From Deltaproteobacteria bacterium (GTDB lineage: Bacteria > Desulfobacterota > DSM-4660 > Desulfatiglandales > HGW-15), in assembly GCA_016930835.1 (NCBI GenBank), contig JAFGGA010000204.1, positions 10,783 through 74,782 of the forward strand: a DNA stretch of 64,000 bases, read 5' to 3'. Numbering within the stretch: the stretch's first letter is position 1; every line of letters begins with the position of its first letter. The notes beneath the pieces were generated by a model, which worked only from the letters and a program-made list of their open reading frames with translations, made no database searches and was not told where the DNA came from. Positions 47,432 through 57,401 of the stretch are shown in pieces. Both the position numbers and the translations under genes were made by a program.

Positions 47432-48960
47432 ACAGTCATGAACCTGAATTGTTTAAGATCCTGATCGTGGATGATGAACCCACGATTATCGAAACCCTAA
47501 GGTCTTTTCTACAGAACCTGGATATTGGCCAAGTCACCGGGGCCGACTGTGGCGAAGAGGCCCTGGAATATGTAGAGCAAAATCAGTACGATTATATCTT
47601 TATTGATCTGATGATGCCGGGAATGAACGGCATTGATTTGCTAAAAAAAATCCAACCGTATCACTACCCGACAAACATCATCATCATGACCGGGTACCCT
47701 TCCATGAACGCCGTAATCGATTCCATGCACAACGGAGCGGCGGATTTTCTTGTCAAGCCTTTTCAATTTGATGACATCAAGGTTGTTTTAAAAAGACTCC
47801 AGAGACTTCGCGACCTAAAGGAAAAAAACTGGGCCCTTCATCAGGAATTGGGGGAGAAAAAAAAGGTTGAAGAACTCAATGAACAGCTGGGGCGAAGGAT
47901 CCATCTGCAAACGATTTTATTCAATATCGTAAATTCCTTGTCGGAGATGAATCAACCCAACGAGATCTATCGTTACCTGGTTGATAAAGCGGTTGAATCA
48001 TGCATTGCGGAAAAGGCCTGCTTCATGATCTATGATCGGGAAGAGGCCAAACTCCTCGTTCTTTCTCAAAAAGGGTTGGGATTGGCTCCGGGTGTCAAGG
48101 CGGACCTAACCAGCGGCTCGAACGGAAAACGAATGATAGACGGTGTTTTCATCCAATCGCATTTTGGAAAGGCCTTTACCGGAAAAATTCCCCTGGACAA
48201 GCCATACACATTCGATGGGTTAATATCCGTTCCGTTCAATATCCGAAATGAGCCATTCGGTGTACTTTTGGTTGCCGATAAAAAGGAAGGCATTCCATTT
48301 GATAAAGAGGATGAATTTATCCTCCAATTTTTATCCAAAAAAGCTGCCTTGAACATCGAGAACATGGCCCTTTATGGGAACCTGAAGGAGAATCTCCTGG
48401 CCTCCTTCATGTCTCTTGTGAGCGCCATCGAAGCCAAGGACTCCTATACCCAGCAACACTCTTCCAGGGTCACCGACCTCTCCATCAAACTGGCTAAAAA
48501 AATGAGGTGTTCACCGGAGGATATCAAAAGGCTAGAGTTGACGGGTCCACTCCATGACATCGGCAAGATCGGCATTCAGGACAGTATTTTAAATAAGCCG
48601 GGCAGCCTGACGGATGATGAATTCGCCCAGATCAAGACCCATCCCTTGATCGGCGTGAATATTGTTAGCCCCCTTGGTTTGGATAAAGGAGAGGTTGCCA
48701 TCATCAGAAACCACCATGAACGTTGGGATGGCCGGGGCTATCCTGACGGCCTTTCAGGTGAGAAGATACCACGTGTCTCCCGAATCCTCGCTGTAGCCGA
48801 CGCATTCGATGCCATGAGCTCAAGCAGGGCTTACCGTCAAGCGCTCCCCTTCATTGTGTGTATCCATGAACTGGAGAGGAATAGCGGCACCCAGTTCGAC
48901 CCGGAAGTGGTGAAGGCCGCGCTTGCCGTTTTCAAAAATGAAGGTTACTCCTCGCGCTAA
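47395..48960 (+). CDS. REC-GAF-HD-GYP c-di-GMP phosphodiesterase
   Basis: REC (VDDE, DLMMP, KPF); GAF-like middle; HSSRV, HDIGKIG, HHERWDGRGYPDGL, VADAFDAM; GAGGAG before GTG. Confidence 0.92.
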   Translation: MQNKAFQEYQSLDSHEPELFKILIVDDEPTIIETLRSFLQNLDIGQVTGADCGEEALEYVEQNQYDYIFIDLMMPGMNGIDLLKKIQPYHYPTNIIIMTGYPSMNAVIDSMHNGAADFLVKPFQFDDIKVVLKRLQRLRDLKEKNWALHQELGEKKKVEELNEQLGRRIHLQTILFNIVNSLSEMNQPNEIYRYLVDKAVESCIAEKACFMIYDREEAKLLVLSQKGLGLAPGVKADLTSGSNGKRMIDGVFIQSHFGKAFTGKIPLDKPYTFDGLISVPFNIRNEPFGVLLVADKKEGIPFDKEDEFILQFLSKKAALNIENMALYGNLKENLLASFMSLVSAIEAKDSYTQQHSSRVTDLSIKLAKKMRCSPEDIKRLELTGPLHDIGKIGIQDSILNKPGSLTDDEFAQIKTHPLIGVNIVSPLGLDKGEVAIIRNHHERWDGRGYPDGLSGEKIPRVSRILAVADAFDAMSSSRAYRQALPFIVCIHELERNSGTQFDPEVVKAALAVFKNEGYSSR

Positions 48961-49197
48961 AAAATTTATTATTCTTTATTCACCTGTTTTATGATATAAT
49001 ACATCGAATCAATTCGGGAGAAAACCGATCAACCCCTTTGAATGAAAATGCTTCCACTGGATCCCCTTAATGAGCATACCATGACATGCCTTTTCAGCCA
49101 AAATGCTTCAATATCCACGATTTTCGCCCACGATGGCATGGAATTTTTCATTCAAAGGATTACTCGAATACCATTTTTTTTAAAGCGTTAGATAACT

Positions 49198-49776
49198 ATG
49201 GCACACTCCACAAAAAACAGACGCAATCATTATCGAGTCGAAATTCATATCCCCGTACACTGGCGTTTCCTGGACAATCAAGAGATTCATCTTGTTAAAG
49301 ATGGTCTTGGGCAGACCATATTTAAGCAAGACGACCTCCGCACCCCCATTGATGAATATCTGAAGCAGGTCATACCGGATTCCCCGGAAGAACAGATCTT
49401 CCGCTCTCTCCAGTATCTAGATAATAAGTTGGATTATTTGATTGAGCAGGTCCTTTTGAGATCAACCGATGGCCTCATGGTCCGGGGTGAGATCATTGAA
49501 CTGAGTGCATCGGGGATTAAATTCATTTCACGGGAACCCATACCCATCGGGACCTACCTGGTGATGAATATGATTATCCCGGGGACCATTCAATATCAGA
49601 TTAACTTTGTAACGGAAGTAATGAGGGCTGAACAAAGAGATCACGACACCGTCATGGCAGCCAATATCATCTACATCGATAAAGATACCCAAGAATCAAT
49701 CATCAAGGTTATCTTTCAAAGACAGCGTGAAGACATACGGAGAACAACAGATTCGGAGGAAATAAATGTTGATTGA
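49198..49776 (+). CDS. PilZ-domain protein
   Basis: RRNHYRV (RxxxR) and ELSASG (D/NxSxxG variant). Confidence 0.75.
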   Translation: MAHSTKNRRNHYRVEIHIPVHWRFLDNQEIHLVKDGLGQTIFKQDDLRTPIDEYLKQVIPDSPEEQIFRSLQYLDNKLDYLIEQVLLRSTDGLMVRGEIIELSASGIKFISREPIPIGTYLVMNMIIPGTIQYQINFVTEVMRAEQRDHDTVMAANIIYIDKDTQESIIKVIFQRQREDIRRTTDSEEINVD

Positions 49777-50509
49777 AATACCCCTATGGGACCTTATTCC
49801 TTTATATCGTTGGGCTTCTCTGGGCAAAGTAATAGGCGGATTGGTGCATAATTTAAATGGCCCCCTGCAAAATATAGGATTGGACATCGAGATGACTAAA
49901 CATCTTCTCTCCAACACCAAACCTTTGGGTGAAACCGAGCTGAAAACCGTTTTGACCCGTATCAGACGCATGGGAGAAGAGTTCGAGCGAATTGACCAAT
50001 TGATAAAGACCGCCGCCGTAAGGGCTAGTCAGGATGATGATTATTTCAATTTCCTGCACATGAATGAGTTCATCAAGCAAGAATTCGACTTTTGCAGGAA
50101 CAACCTTTATTTTAAGCACAATGTGCAGACGGAGTTCAAATTTCAAAAAAATCTTCCCACCCTGAGAAACCTGCCGAAGGATCTCATAATGGCCTTAAGC
50201 GCTTTCATACATACCTTTGTGGATGAGTTGGAGGATCGAAAGATAAAAAGGCTGTTCATCAAGACATCCATGAACACCAATCTAAAAATCACGCTCGAGA
50301 CAAAGGATGGGCATTTATCCGATCAGTTCATGGATCAACTTGACCGTGAAATCAACGACTCGCCGGCTTTAAGCATGGATGATCACAAGATAGACATCCT
50401 GTTCCCCTTGATCATTTTTCACAAGACAGGTGTTTTGGCCTCAGGTAAAAAATCGTCAACCGGCTCAAAAATTTCCCTCCAGATTCCTATGCATAATCCC
50501 CCCGCTTAA
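49766..50509 (+). CDS. Histidine-kinase-like protein with degenerate ATPase domain
   Basis: SLGKVIGGLVHNLNGPLQ H-box; no recognisable N, G1 or G2 boxes. Confidence 0.65.
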   Translation: MLIEIPLWDLIPLYRWASLGKVIGGLVHNLNGPLQNIGLDIEMTKHLLSNTKPLGETELKTVLTRIRRMGEEFERIDQLIKTAAVRASQDDDYFNFLHMNEFIKQEFDFCRNNLYFKHNVQTEFKFQKNLPTLRNLPKDLIMALSAFIHTFVDELEDRKIKRLFIKTSMNTNLKITLETKDGHLSDQFMDQLDREINDSPALSMDDHKIDILFPLIIFHKTGVLASGKKSSTGSKISLQIPMHNPPA

Positions 50510-50966
50510 ATCTCGTGATTTCCTTGCCTAATGTAATGGATAGATCGGTGATCACGGATTTCAACGTTCCCGGTATTCCGGGCATTGCTTCCATCTCACG
50601 CAAAAAATCCAATCGGCCTTCAAGATGATCCATTAAAGGATCAAGATCATGAATAGGTATGGAATCATCCGCTAGTCTGGCGGCATAAAAATCCACCATA
50701 TCAAGGGTCTCATACAGCGATTTTAGAAGTTCGTTTTTCTGGGTCGACGCCATGGATGGTGTTTTATTTTCCACTCCATTAAGGATCTGGACACCACTCA
50801 GAATGGGGCCCATGCCCTCATTGGTCTTGTTGACCCTGCGGGTTTCCCCGGATGGGGTGGTCAACTGCTCCATGATACTCTGAAAATTACCTGAAGCAGT
50901 CTTTTTTCTGCTGGTTTGTTTGTCAATATGTGACGAAACAGGCCCTTGGACTTCATGTATCTTCAT
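50487..50966 (-). CDS. Hypothetical protein, probably flagellar-regulon associated
   Basis: 159 aa with AAGGAGG RBS and a sigma54 site upstream. Confidence 0.8.
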   Translation of the reverse strand: MKIHEVQGPVSSHIDKQTSRKKTASGNFQSIMEQLTTPSGETRRVNKTNEGMGPILSGVQILNGVENKTPSMASTQKNELLKSLYETLDMVDFYAARLADDSIPIHDLDPLMDHLEGRLDFLREMEAMPGIPGTLKSVITDLSITLGKEITRFKRGDYA

Positions 50967-51023
50967 GATTACCTCCTTCTACGATAATCACTCTATGGTT
51001 CTTCATTATGACTCCCATAAAGA

Positions 51024-51039
51024 TGCAAATCGACTGCCA
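51024..51039 (-). promoter_or_regulatory. Sigma54 promoter
   Basis: Minus strand TGGCAG-tcgat-TTGCA. Confidence 0.75.
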
Positions 51040-51276
51040 TAGGCCGCTGAGCAAATGGTTTTCACACCTTTTTTTAATTGGAGGGTTTTTCATTGAAATT
51101 AAACCATGATATCAATAAGTTATAATAGAAAAACCAGTGGGAAAAATCCCCTATTCGATTTCTGAACCGGAGTAAATCCTTCTGGGTGTCAAAATGTGTT
51201 CGGGAGGTAGGTATTTTATTCCTACCGGGCCATCATCTCAAGCACTGTTTTGGTCATGTTTCGCAGTGTTTCTACC

Positions 51277-51546
51277 TTATCCACAGCCCCGAGCCTGATG
51301 GTCTCCGTTCCGCCAGTCGATGCACCGATGGCACTGAACGACCAATGCCAGAGCAAACGGGCTATCATTGAGCGTATTGACGGAAACATTAGAAGTCTTT
51401 TGAATCCCTTTCAGATCCGCCAAGGCACTGTCGAACGAAACCACTTTCATATCGGGATCTTCCGCAACAGCCATTATTTTATGGGCCATCCGCGGGATCG
51501 GTTTGAATTTCTCGATATCTTTAATGATCGTCTTAACGTCGTTCAT
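51277..51546 (-). pseudogene. Internally deleted HDOD-domain gene
   Basis: HDOD N-terminus (IKDIEKFKPIPRMAHKIMAVAEDPD) joined to an unrelated short tail; ATGA overlap with the cheD remnant. Confidence 0.65.
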
Positions 51547-51858
51547 ATCTCAACCTCCCCATTACCTGAAATCTTGATCCAGACCTTGCCGTCTTTGACT
51601 GCCAGTTTAATGGTTCGATTGACCACCCCTCCCAAGTCTTCATAATCGATCATCACGCTATTTTCCCAAAGCATTTTTCGAACAGCCATATCATTGCGTG
51701 TTCCGATATTAAAAAATCCTTGTTGGTCAAGAATCTGCGCACCTCCCGCCACAACGACCTTCATCCACTCTTTCTTAGCGCCCAGATTATAGGCTGATTG
51801 AAAAAGGCTCGGCAGGCCGGTATCGCAAAACATAAAAGGGTTGGCTCTCGCTTTATGG
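51543..51858 (-). pseudogene. cheD: 5'-truncated cheD
   Basis: KARANPFMFCDTG..VAGGAQI..FNIGTRN..EDLGG..NRT; N-terminal catalytic half missing. Confidence 0.85.
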
Positions 51859-52668
51859 GAATGATAGATTTTTCCTCCCCGGCCCTTATGATCATGCCTT
51901 CCATGATGGCAAGAGTAAGCGGCAGACTGATTCGGAAGGTTGATCCCCGACCCGGATTGGAGCTGATTTCCACCCGGCCTTTTCGCAATTCAATATTTTT
52001 TTAACCACGTCCATACCCACCCCGCGTCTGGAAACATCCGTCACCTTTGTTGCCGTTGAAAAACCCGATTGAAAAATCAGGTTATGGATTTCCAGATCAC
52101 TCATTCTCGTTTCATCGACAATCAGATTGTTTGTTTTTGCTTTCTGAATAATCTTTTCTTTATCCAACCCTCGCCCATCATCCATAATCTCAGGATAATA
52201 TTTGCTCCGAGATGATAGGCCTTCAGATGAGAGGCTCCCCTTCGCGGCTTTCCAATCTTTTCCCGTTCATCGGGAAACTCGATACCATGGTCTATTGCAT
52301 TGCGGATCATATGCACCATGGGCTCATAAAATTCTTCCACTGCATTGCGATCGATTTCAGTCTCCTGGCCGAACATGAGAAGATCCACTTCTTTGCCGGC
52401 CTTTCTAGCCAGATCCCTCACCAACTTGACCATCTTCTAAAAGAAGAAAATCACTACTCCCGTCGAAAATGAGCTTTTCCAAGTGGATGTGTAAGGCTTG
52501 GATCAGGTCTGAAAAGAGGGTGTGGCCCGATTGCCTGACGAGCCCTTCCAACGTCTGGGTATCCTTTATAAGCTTTCCCAAAACCGGGAGATCTCCCGGC
52601 TCCAATGTGATGACGTGAAGTGCGATCTTTTCAATAATCTTATCAATCGTCGTAATAGAACGCGGCAT
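51859..52668 (-). pseudogene. cheA: cheA remnant with deletions and frameshifts
   Basis: Fragments in different frames: N-terminus; LVRDLA..GQETEID..HMIRNAIDHGIE; DDGRG..GFSTA..GVGMDVVK; GSTFRISLPLTLAI. Confidence 0.9.
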
Positions 52669-52830
52669 CTGGATCCAGACTCCTGATTGAAGGTAACAAC
52701 CAGATGGATGCTCGAAAAAACACGGATAGACACATCGATTGGCGTTGTGGCGGGATTCGAGTACTCTGCTTTAGGGACTCGGAAAAATGTTATTGGGTAA
52801 CCAAGCCTTAGACTCCCGAAAAAATAAGAA

Positions 52831-53220
52831 CTAGGCTCCAAAGACCTTTTTTAATTTTTCATTAAAGGTTTCCGGGGTAAAAGGCTTAACGATATAATTG
52901 CTCACTCCGGCCTTAACCGCTTCAACAACGTTCTCTTTTTGTCCTTCGGCCGTAACCATTAAGAAAGGGATAGCCTTGAGACCACCATCCTCCCTGACGG
53001 CCTTTAAGAGATCCAACCCGCTCATATTCGGCATATTCCAATCCGATACGATCAATCCCACCTTTTCTTTTTTCAGTTCCTCAAGGGCGGTGGTGCCGTC
53101 TTCCGCTTCAATGATATTCGTGAATCCCAGTTGCTTGAGAACACCCTTTACAATCCGCCTCATGGTTGCAAAATCATCAACCACCAAAATTTTCATGGAT
53201 GTATCAATGGACATATTCAA
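52831..53220 (-). CDS. cheY: Chemotaxis response regulator CheY
   Basis: VVDDFATMRRIVK, SDWNMPNMSG, MVTAEG, YIVKPFTPE. Confidence 0.97.
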   Translation of the reverse strand: MNMSIDTSMKILVVDDFATMRRIVKGVLKQLGFTNIIEAEDGTTALEELKKEKVGLIVSDWNMPNMSGLDLLKAVREDGGLKAIPFLMVTAEGQKENVVEAVKAGVSNYIVKPFTPETFNEKLKKVFGA

Positions 53221-53268
53221 TCCTCCCGATCACTATTTCATCTAAAAGTCTTATCGCTTTTGATTTTT

Positions 53269-54387
53269 CTATAAACTCGCCAATAAATCATCAATACCCG
53301 CCTGATCCAAACCTTCTCCAGCCCGTTGGGGACCTTTCAACTCATTCAAAAAGGCCTCCACGTCTTGATTTAGATCCGCGTAGGTTTTTGTTGGATCTTC
53401 TTTATGTTTTTGAAGCCTTATTCCAAAAGAGACGATCAATTCTTCAATGCGGAGTTCCATGGACCTTACCAATTTGATGATCTTTTGTATCCTCTGTCCA
53501 ACGAGATCCTGGAAACTCAAGGGCTCCATCATGTTTAAAGACAAGGTCTCGATATTCTTTAATACGGCCATCTGCTTGTTGATCACATCAAGGGTTTCAT
53601 CCAATGTAATGGTTGTCGCGGCAGCCTCATGATTTCCGTTTCCATTAACAAAAGATTCTAAGAACTTATACTGTTTATTCGCCATTTCCATTTGATCTTC
53701 ATTGATATCCATGATCTTCATGGTACTGTCTTCAAGGGTTTCATTGATTCCCTCCAATTGATTGCTGGCCTCCGGGATATCCTTAGAAGCGATCTCGACA
53801 ATCTCGGGTTCGATCTTTTTTTGAATATCTTTCCGAAAATCGATCAACTCCCTGGCCACATCTTTTATCTTTCCGGAAAAATCCATGGTCAACAGCTCAA
53901 AAAATTCCCCCTCCCTAAGTTTATGGATCATATCTTTAAGGATTTCGATATCCTCCTGTCCCAGGTCTCCCATGCGTATCTTATGATCAATCTCCTGGAT
54001 GATGACTTGACTGGGTTCCCTTTGTTTTTCGGACCCCGGCATATATTCATGGCACAAATGCTCACGGCCCGACGAGTCAATGCCCGTTAAAATATGGTTG
54101 GAAAGCTCCTTGACATTAAAAAGCAGATGATAGTTGTAGGCATTAAATGTGATTCCTGAATGGAGTATAATGAAGAATGCCTTGATATTTTCTTTATTCA
54201 TCAGGCCTTGAACAGGGTGGACTTGACCCTCATATTCAAGATACAGGCCTGAATCATCGCCTGAAAAAACGAGATTGGCCTTTTCCCGATCAATAATTCT
54301 TTGAATATCTTCCATCCGGAAGGCAACACGCTCTAAATCGCCATCCAAATTGGCCATGATCATGTTGTTCATGATACCATCCTCCAC
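53269..54387 (-). CDS. cheZ: CheZ-family phosphatase with N-terminal extension
   Basis: LSFQDLVGQRIQKII (DxxxQ) and C-terminal QAGIDDLLASL; adjacent to cheY. Confidence 0.85.
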   Translation of the reverse strand: MEDGIMNNMIMANLDGDLERVAFRMEDIQRIIDREKANLVFSGDDSGLYLEYEGQVHPVQGLMNKENIKAFFIILHSGITFNAYNYHLLFNVKELSNHILTGIDSSGREHLCHEYMPGSEKQREPSQVIIQEIDHKIRMGDLGQEDIEILKDMIHKLREGEFFELLTMDFSGKIKDVARELIDFRKDIQKKIEPEIVEIASKDIPEASNQLEGINETLEDSTMKIMDINEDQMEMANKQYKFLESFVNGNGNHEAAATTITLDETLDVINKQMAVLKNIETLSLNMMEPLSFQDLVGQRIQKIIKLVRSMELRIEELIVSFGIRLQKHKEDPTKTYADLNQDVEAFLNELKGPQRAGEGLDQAGIDDLLASL

Positions 54388-54584
54388 TTGATTGATCGGC
54401 TACGTAATTATCCGGTTTGAATTGGATTGGAATTACGTTTGGGAATAAAAGGGCTCCATTCCGTATTCCATCATGCTTTTCTGAAAAGAAGCAAAATGCG
54501 TACCAATGATCTTTTTGAATCCTTTGTTTAATCGTCAATAATTTAAGATAGTTGGAAACTAGTTTGGATAAGAGGCTGAGATGT

Positions 54585-55256
54585 TCATCGATTATTTTTC
54601 TCGATAGCCACTATTTCGTCAAATAACTTGACTTTAACCGGTTGAAAAATGACATAACGTATGGGTAATATCATTTCTTCGCGGGCTACATTTCTTTTAT
54701 CATATTGATAGTCGATTTTTTCCGGCCTCAAATAGACAATGATGTCCAAAGGATGACTGGTTGCCACGTTGGGTCGGGAGGCAACAACGGATTGAATGCG
54801 CCCCGTTAGGATGGATTGACCTTTCCTGGAAATCCCTGAACGGATAAAGGGTGTGGGTTGGGGGAGACTATCCTCTTCAAGGATAATTCCGGGATATTTG
54901 CCCATGCCTTTCTTCCGGGAAACCGTACATTGCATGTTCCAAACAAAAAGCGTTTCTTCATTGTAAGTTCGAGCCCTTTCCATTAGGTCTTCTTTCAGTC
55001 TAAGCAGGGTGCTCTTGGTAAACATCTCTGATGGCTTGTGGGCGGTGAAAGATGATCTCCCCAATTCATAGGTAAGGTCCTCCATGTCTTCTTCATTCAT
55101 CTCTTCACCACTAAGCCCATAATAGATACAAAAAACAGTTTCCTCATCCAAAGGTAAATTTTCGGCCCGCGAGTTCGGAACCTGAATCATTAGGCAAAAA
55201 AAACCCGTAAAAAGCGAAACAAACATGGAAAAGATTATGTTTTGAAAGAATCTCAT
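54585..55256 (-). CDS. Hypothetical exported protein
   Basis: Signal-peptide-like N-terminus; start overlaps the stop of the M23 gene. Confidence 0.75.
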   Translation of the reverse strand: MRFFQNIIFSMFVSLFTGFFCLMIQVPNSRAENLPLDEETVFCIYYGLSGEEMNEEDMEDLTYELGRSSFTAHKPSEMFTKSTLLRLKEDLMERARTYNEETLFVWNMQCTVSRKKGMGKYPGIILEEDSLPQPTPFIRSGISRKGQSILTGRIQSVVASRPNVATSHPLDIIVYLRPEKIDYQYDKRNVAREEMILPIRYVIFQPVKVKLFDEIVAIEKNNR

Positions 55257-56167
55257 TATCCTTTTACATCCAGGATATATTGCATGGGATTGGCCGGTCG
55301 GTTACCGATCAACACGCCATAGTGGAGATGATGGCTTGTTGACATTCCCGTATTGCCCATTATACCGATTACCTCGCCCCGCCTAACCAAAGCATTTTCA
55401 TCGACTGATATTTTCTTTAAATGACCATATATGGTCTTTATATTATCTATATGCTGGATTAAAATATGATTTCCTAACCATCTATCATACCCTGTCCTGA
55501 TCACTATACCGTCCGCGGGTGCAATGATCTTTGTATCTTTTGGCCCGAGGATATCGATCCCTGCATGGAATTCATGCTTGCCGGTTATGGGATTTGTACG
55601 CCATCCAAATCCCGAAGAGATCCTTGGATTTTGATAATCGACCGGAATGATATTCGGCGTATTTTGCCATTTTTCTTCTTTTTTTGCGGATAATTGATTG
55701 AAAACATCATAATTGGTAGAGAGCGTATCCAATTTTTCAGAGAGACTCTTTCTCGAAGGAATAAGCCCTTTATAGAGTTTGGCGTCAGGATCCGTTCGAT
55801 CCTTTTCTATCTCTTTTAGATCGATACCAAATGTCCCACCGCTGCCAACGATCTGGGCAAGAGATTGGTGACCTTCCATGCCAAAATAGGATTTTAGACT
55901 ATCTTCCTTCTCTTCTATTTCACTCAAACGCAATTTGAGATAATGAAGAGAAACATTTTCTTCATGCAGCGCAGCTCTTTTACTTTCCAGATCATCATTT
56001 TTTGAAATCAATTCAAATAGACCGGTTTCCAATACCGGCACGGAACATGTACATAAAAAAACGACAAAAACGAAGAGTTTTATCAGTGCCGTATGTACGC
56101 TAAAGGTATACACCTTGCCGGAGCCGTTTTCAGATATCCAAATGATTCGAGATCTGTTACATGCCAT
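55256..56167 (-). CDS. M23-family peptidoglycan metalloendopeptidase
   Basis: N-terminal TM segment and coiled coil; SSGFGWR, HAGIDI, YGHL, GNTGMST, HLHY. Confidence 0.93.
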   Translation of the reverse strand: MACNRSRIIWISENGSGKVYTFSVHTALIKLFVFVVFLCTCSVPVLETGLFELISKNDDLESKRAALHEENVSLHYLKLRLSEIEEKEDSLKSYFGMEGHQSLAQIVGSGGTFGIDLKEIEKDRTDPDAKLYKGLIPSRKSLSEKLDTLSTNYDVFNQLSAKKEEKWQNTPNIIPVDYQNPRISSGFGWRTNPITGKHEFHAGIDILGPKDTKIIAPADGIVIRTGYDRWLGNHILIQHIDNIKTIYGHLKKISVDENALVRRGEVIGIMGNTGMSTSHHLHYGVLIGNRPANPMQYILDVKG

Positions 56168-56236
56168 GCTCTTTCTCCCTTTGTTATGAAAAGCCTTTTG
56201 CCATTCTTTTTAGGAATACAGCTTTGTTCAATCTTT

Positions 56237-56264
56237 ATATCGGACAATCAAGGCCGCACCTTTA
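56237..56264 (-). promoter_or_regulatory. Sigma28 promoter of the M23 operon
   Basis: Minus strand TAAAGGTG-N12-TCCGATAT. Confidence 0.7.
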
Positions 56265-56427
56265 ATATTTAACAAGTTTTAAACACTTATTTTTCAAGCT
56301 AAAACCAACATTTACGGCCTTGATTCAACCCCCAACCATCTTTCTATGGGCTTACTGCCAAAACAAAAGAAGTCTAGCACTATCGGATAAGGGTTCCCCA
56401 AAAAGTGAGATGGAGCCTTCCATTGAT

Positions 56428-56659
56428 CCCCCCTCCCCTCGAGGCTGAGTCATAATACCTAAAAACCATAACCCCCCGGACGAACGGAGCGCCTGTCCTC
56501 CACTGTGGCTATGCTGCGGAGGGCGCAAGGTCCGAAATCTAGAAGTATGATAGAATATTAAGAAATTCCGGATTTCGGCTCGCATCTCGTACGGTGAGGT
56601 TTGTCCAGGATGACGAATTGAGATATCGTCTCCAAGCGAGGGAAAGGGGCCGGGGGAAG
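56428..56659. mobile_element. MITE-like insert nested in a CCCCT..AGGGG hairpin
   Basis: Imperfect TIRs gaggctgagtcataa (56441) and ttgagatatcgtctc (56618-56632) split ccccctcccctc / gagggaaagggg; internal hairpins present. Confidence 0.55.
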
Positions 56660-57321
56660 CGACTTCGGGCATTCATGGATAGATACTCATGAAAGAGAGG
56701 GGTATTGATCCGGTGACCGCCCATATTACAGGCTTGAACAAAATGCCGACATGACAGGGTCATATTTTTGACGATGAAAATATCGTTTCAAGGCTTTCCA
56801 TCGCAAACACCCACAATCCTTATAAGCCCTGTTCAATTGATGACATCCTGCTCCTATGGCCTTGATTCCATGGCGAGTATCGCTGTTGTGGCTATCCGGA
56901 TGATTTGCAAATAAAAGAGAGGTTTGTCTAAAGGCGATTCAGCACTGATAGATTGGGCGTTGTACAATAAAATAGTCGCATTGTCATTGCTTCTTCCTAT
57001 TAACGCCGGATGAGAGACATGAAGTGAGCGCGAGTGGCCCCGTTTTGATAAATTTGTTGATGGCCATGCAACAGCTTCCCCTCCATGAAGTCTTTTTGAA
57101 CAGAGGCGAACATCATCCGACTAGCGGCCCGGCACAAACCCGGATATCTGGGGTAAAACGGATTGCCCGACCAAAATCATGCGTCATTTCGAATTCCCAA
57201 ACCGAAACCTCACCAGCAGATGTAAGATGTTTCCATAGCCCTTGCGAAGTCGGGGGTACCTCGTTGGTTCTGTGCATTGCCCGGCACACACGACAAGTTT
57301 ACCGGCTCGGCTATGCTGCTT

Positions 57322-57390
57322 CTGGATCCCTGCCGCAGTTGATCCCTTACTTGATACGGGATTGGGGTGACGACTTTTTACGATTTCGTC
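57322..57390 (+). repeat. 3' half of a REP-doublet element
   Basis: CTGGATCCC..GGGGTGAC-GACTTTTTACGATTTCGTC. Confidence 0.7.
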
Positions 57391-57401
57391 AATAATGAAA
57401 T

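Noticed and set aside
49134-49150. TGGCATGGAATTTTTCA as a sigma54 site before the PilZ gene
   Set aside because: Lacks the -12 GC at the required spacing
57001-57063. attC-like TAAC...GTT segment
   Set aside because: Poor internal symmetry, and no integrase or cassette array nearby
56352-57395. Small ORFs of 74-123 aa in the M23-zupT spacer
   Set aside because: Largely overlap repeats or lack an RBS and recognisable domains
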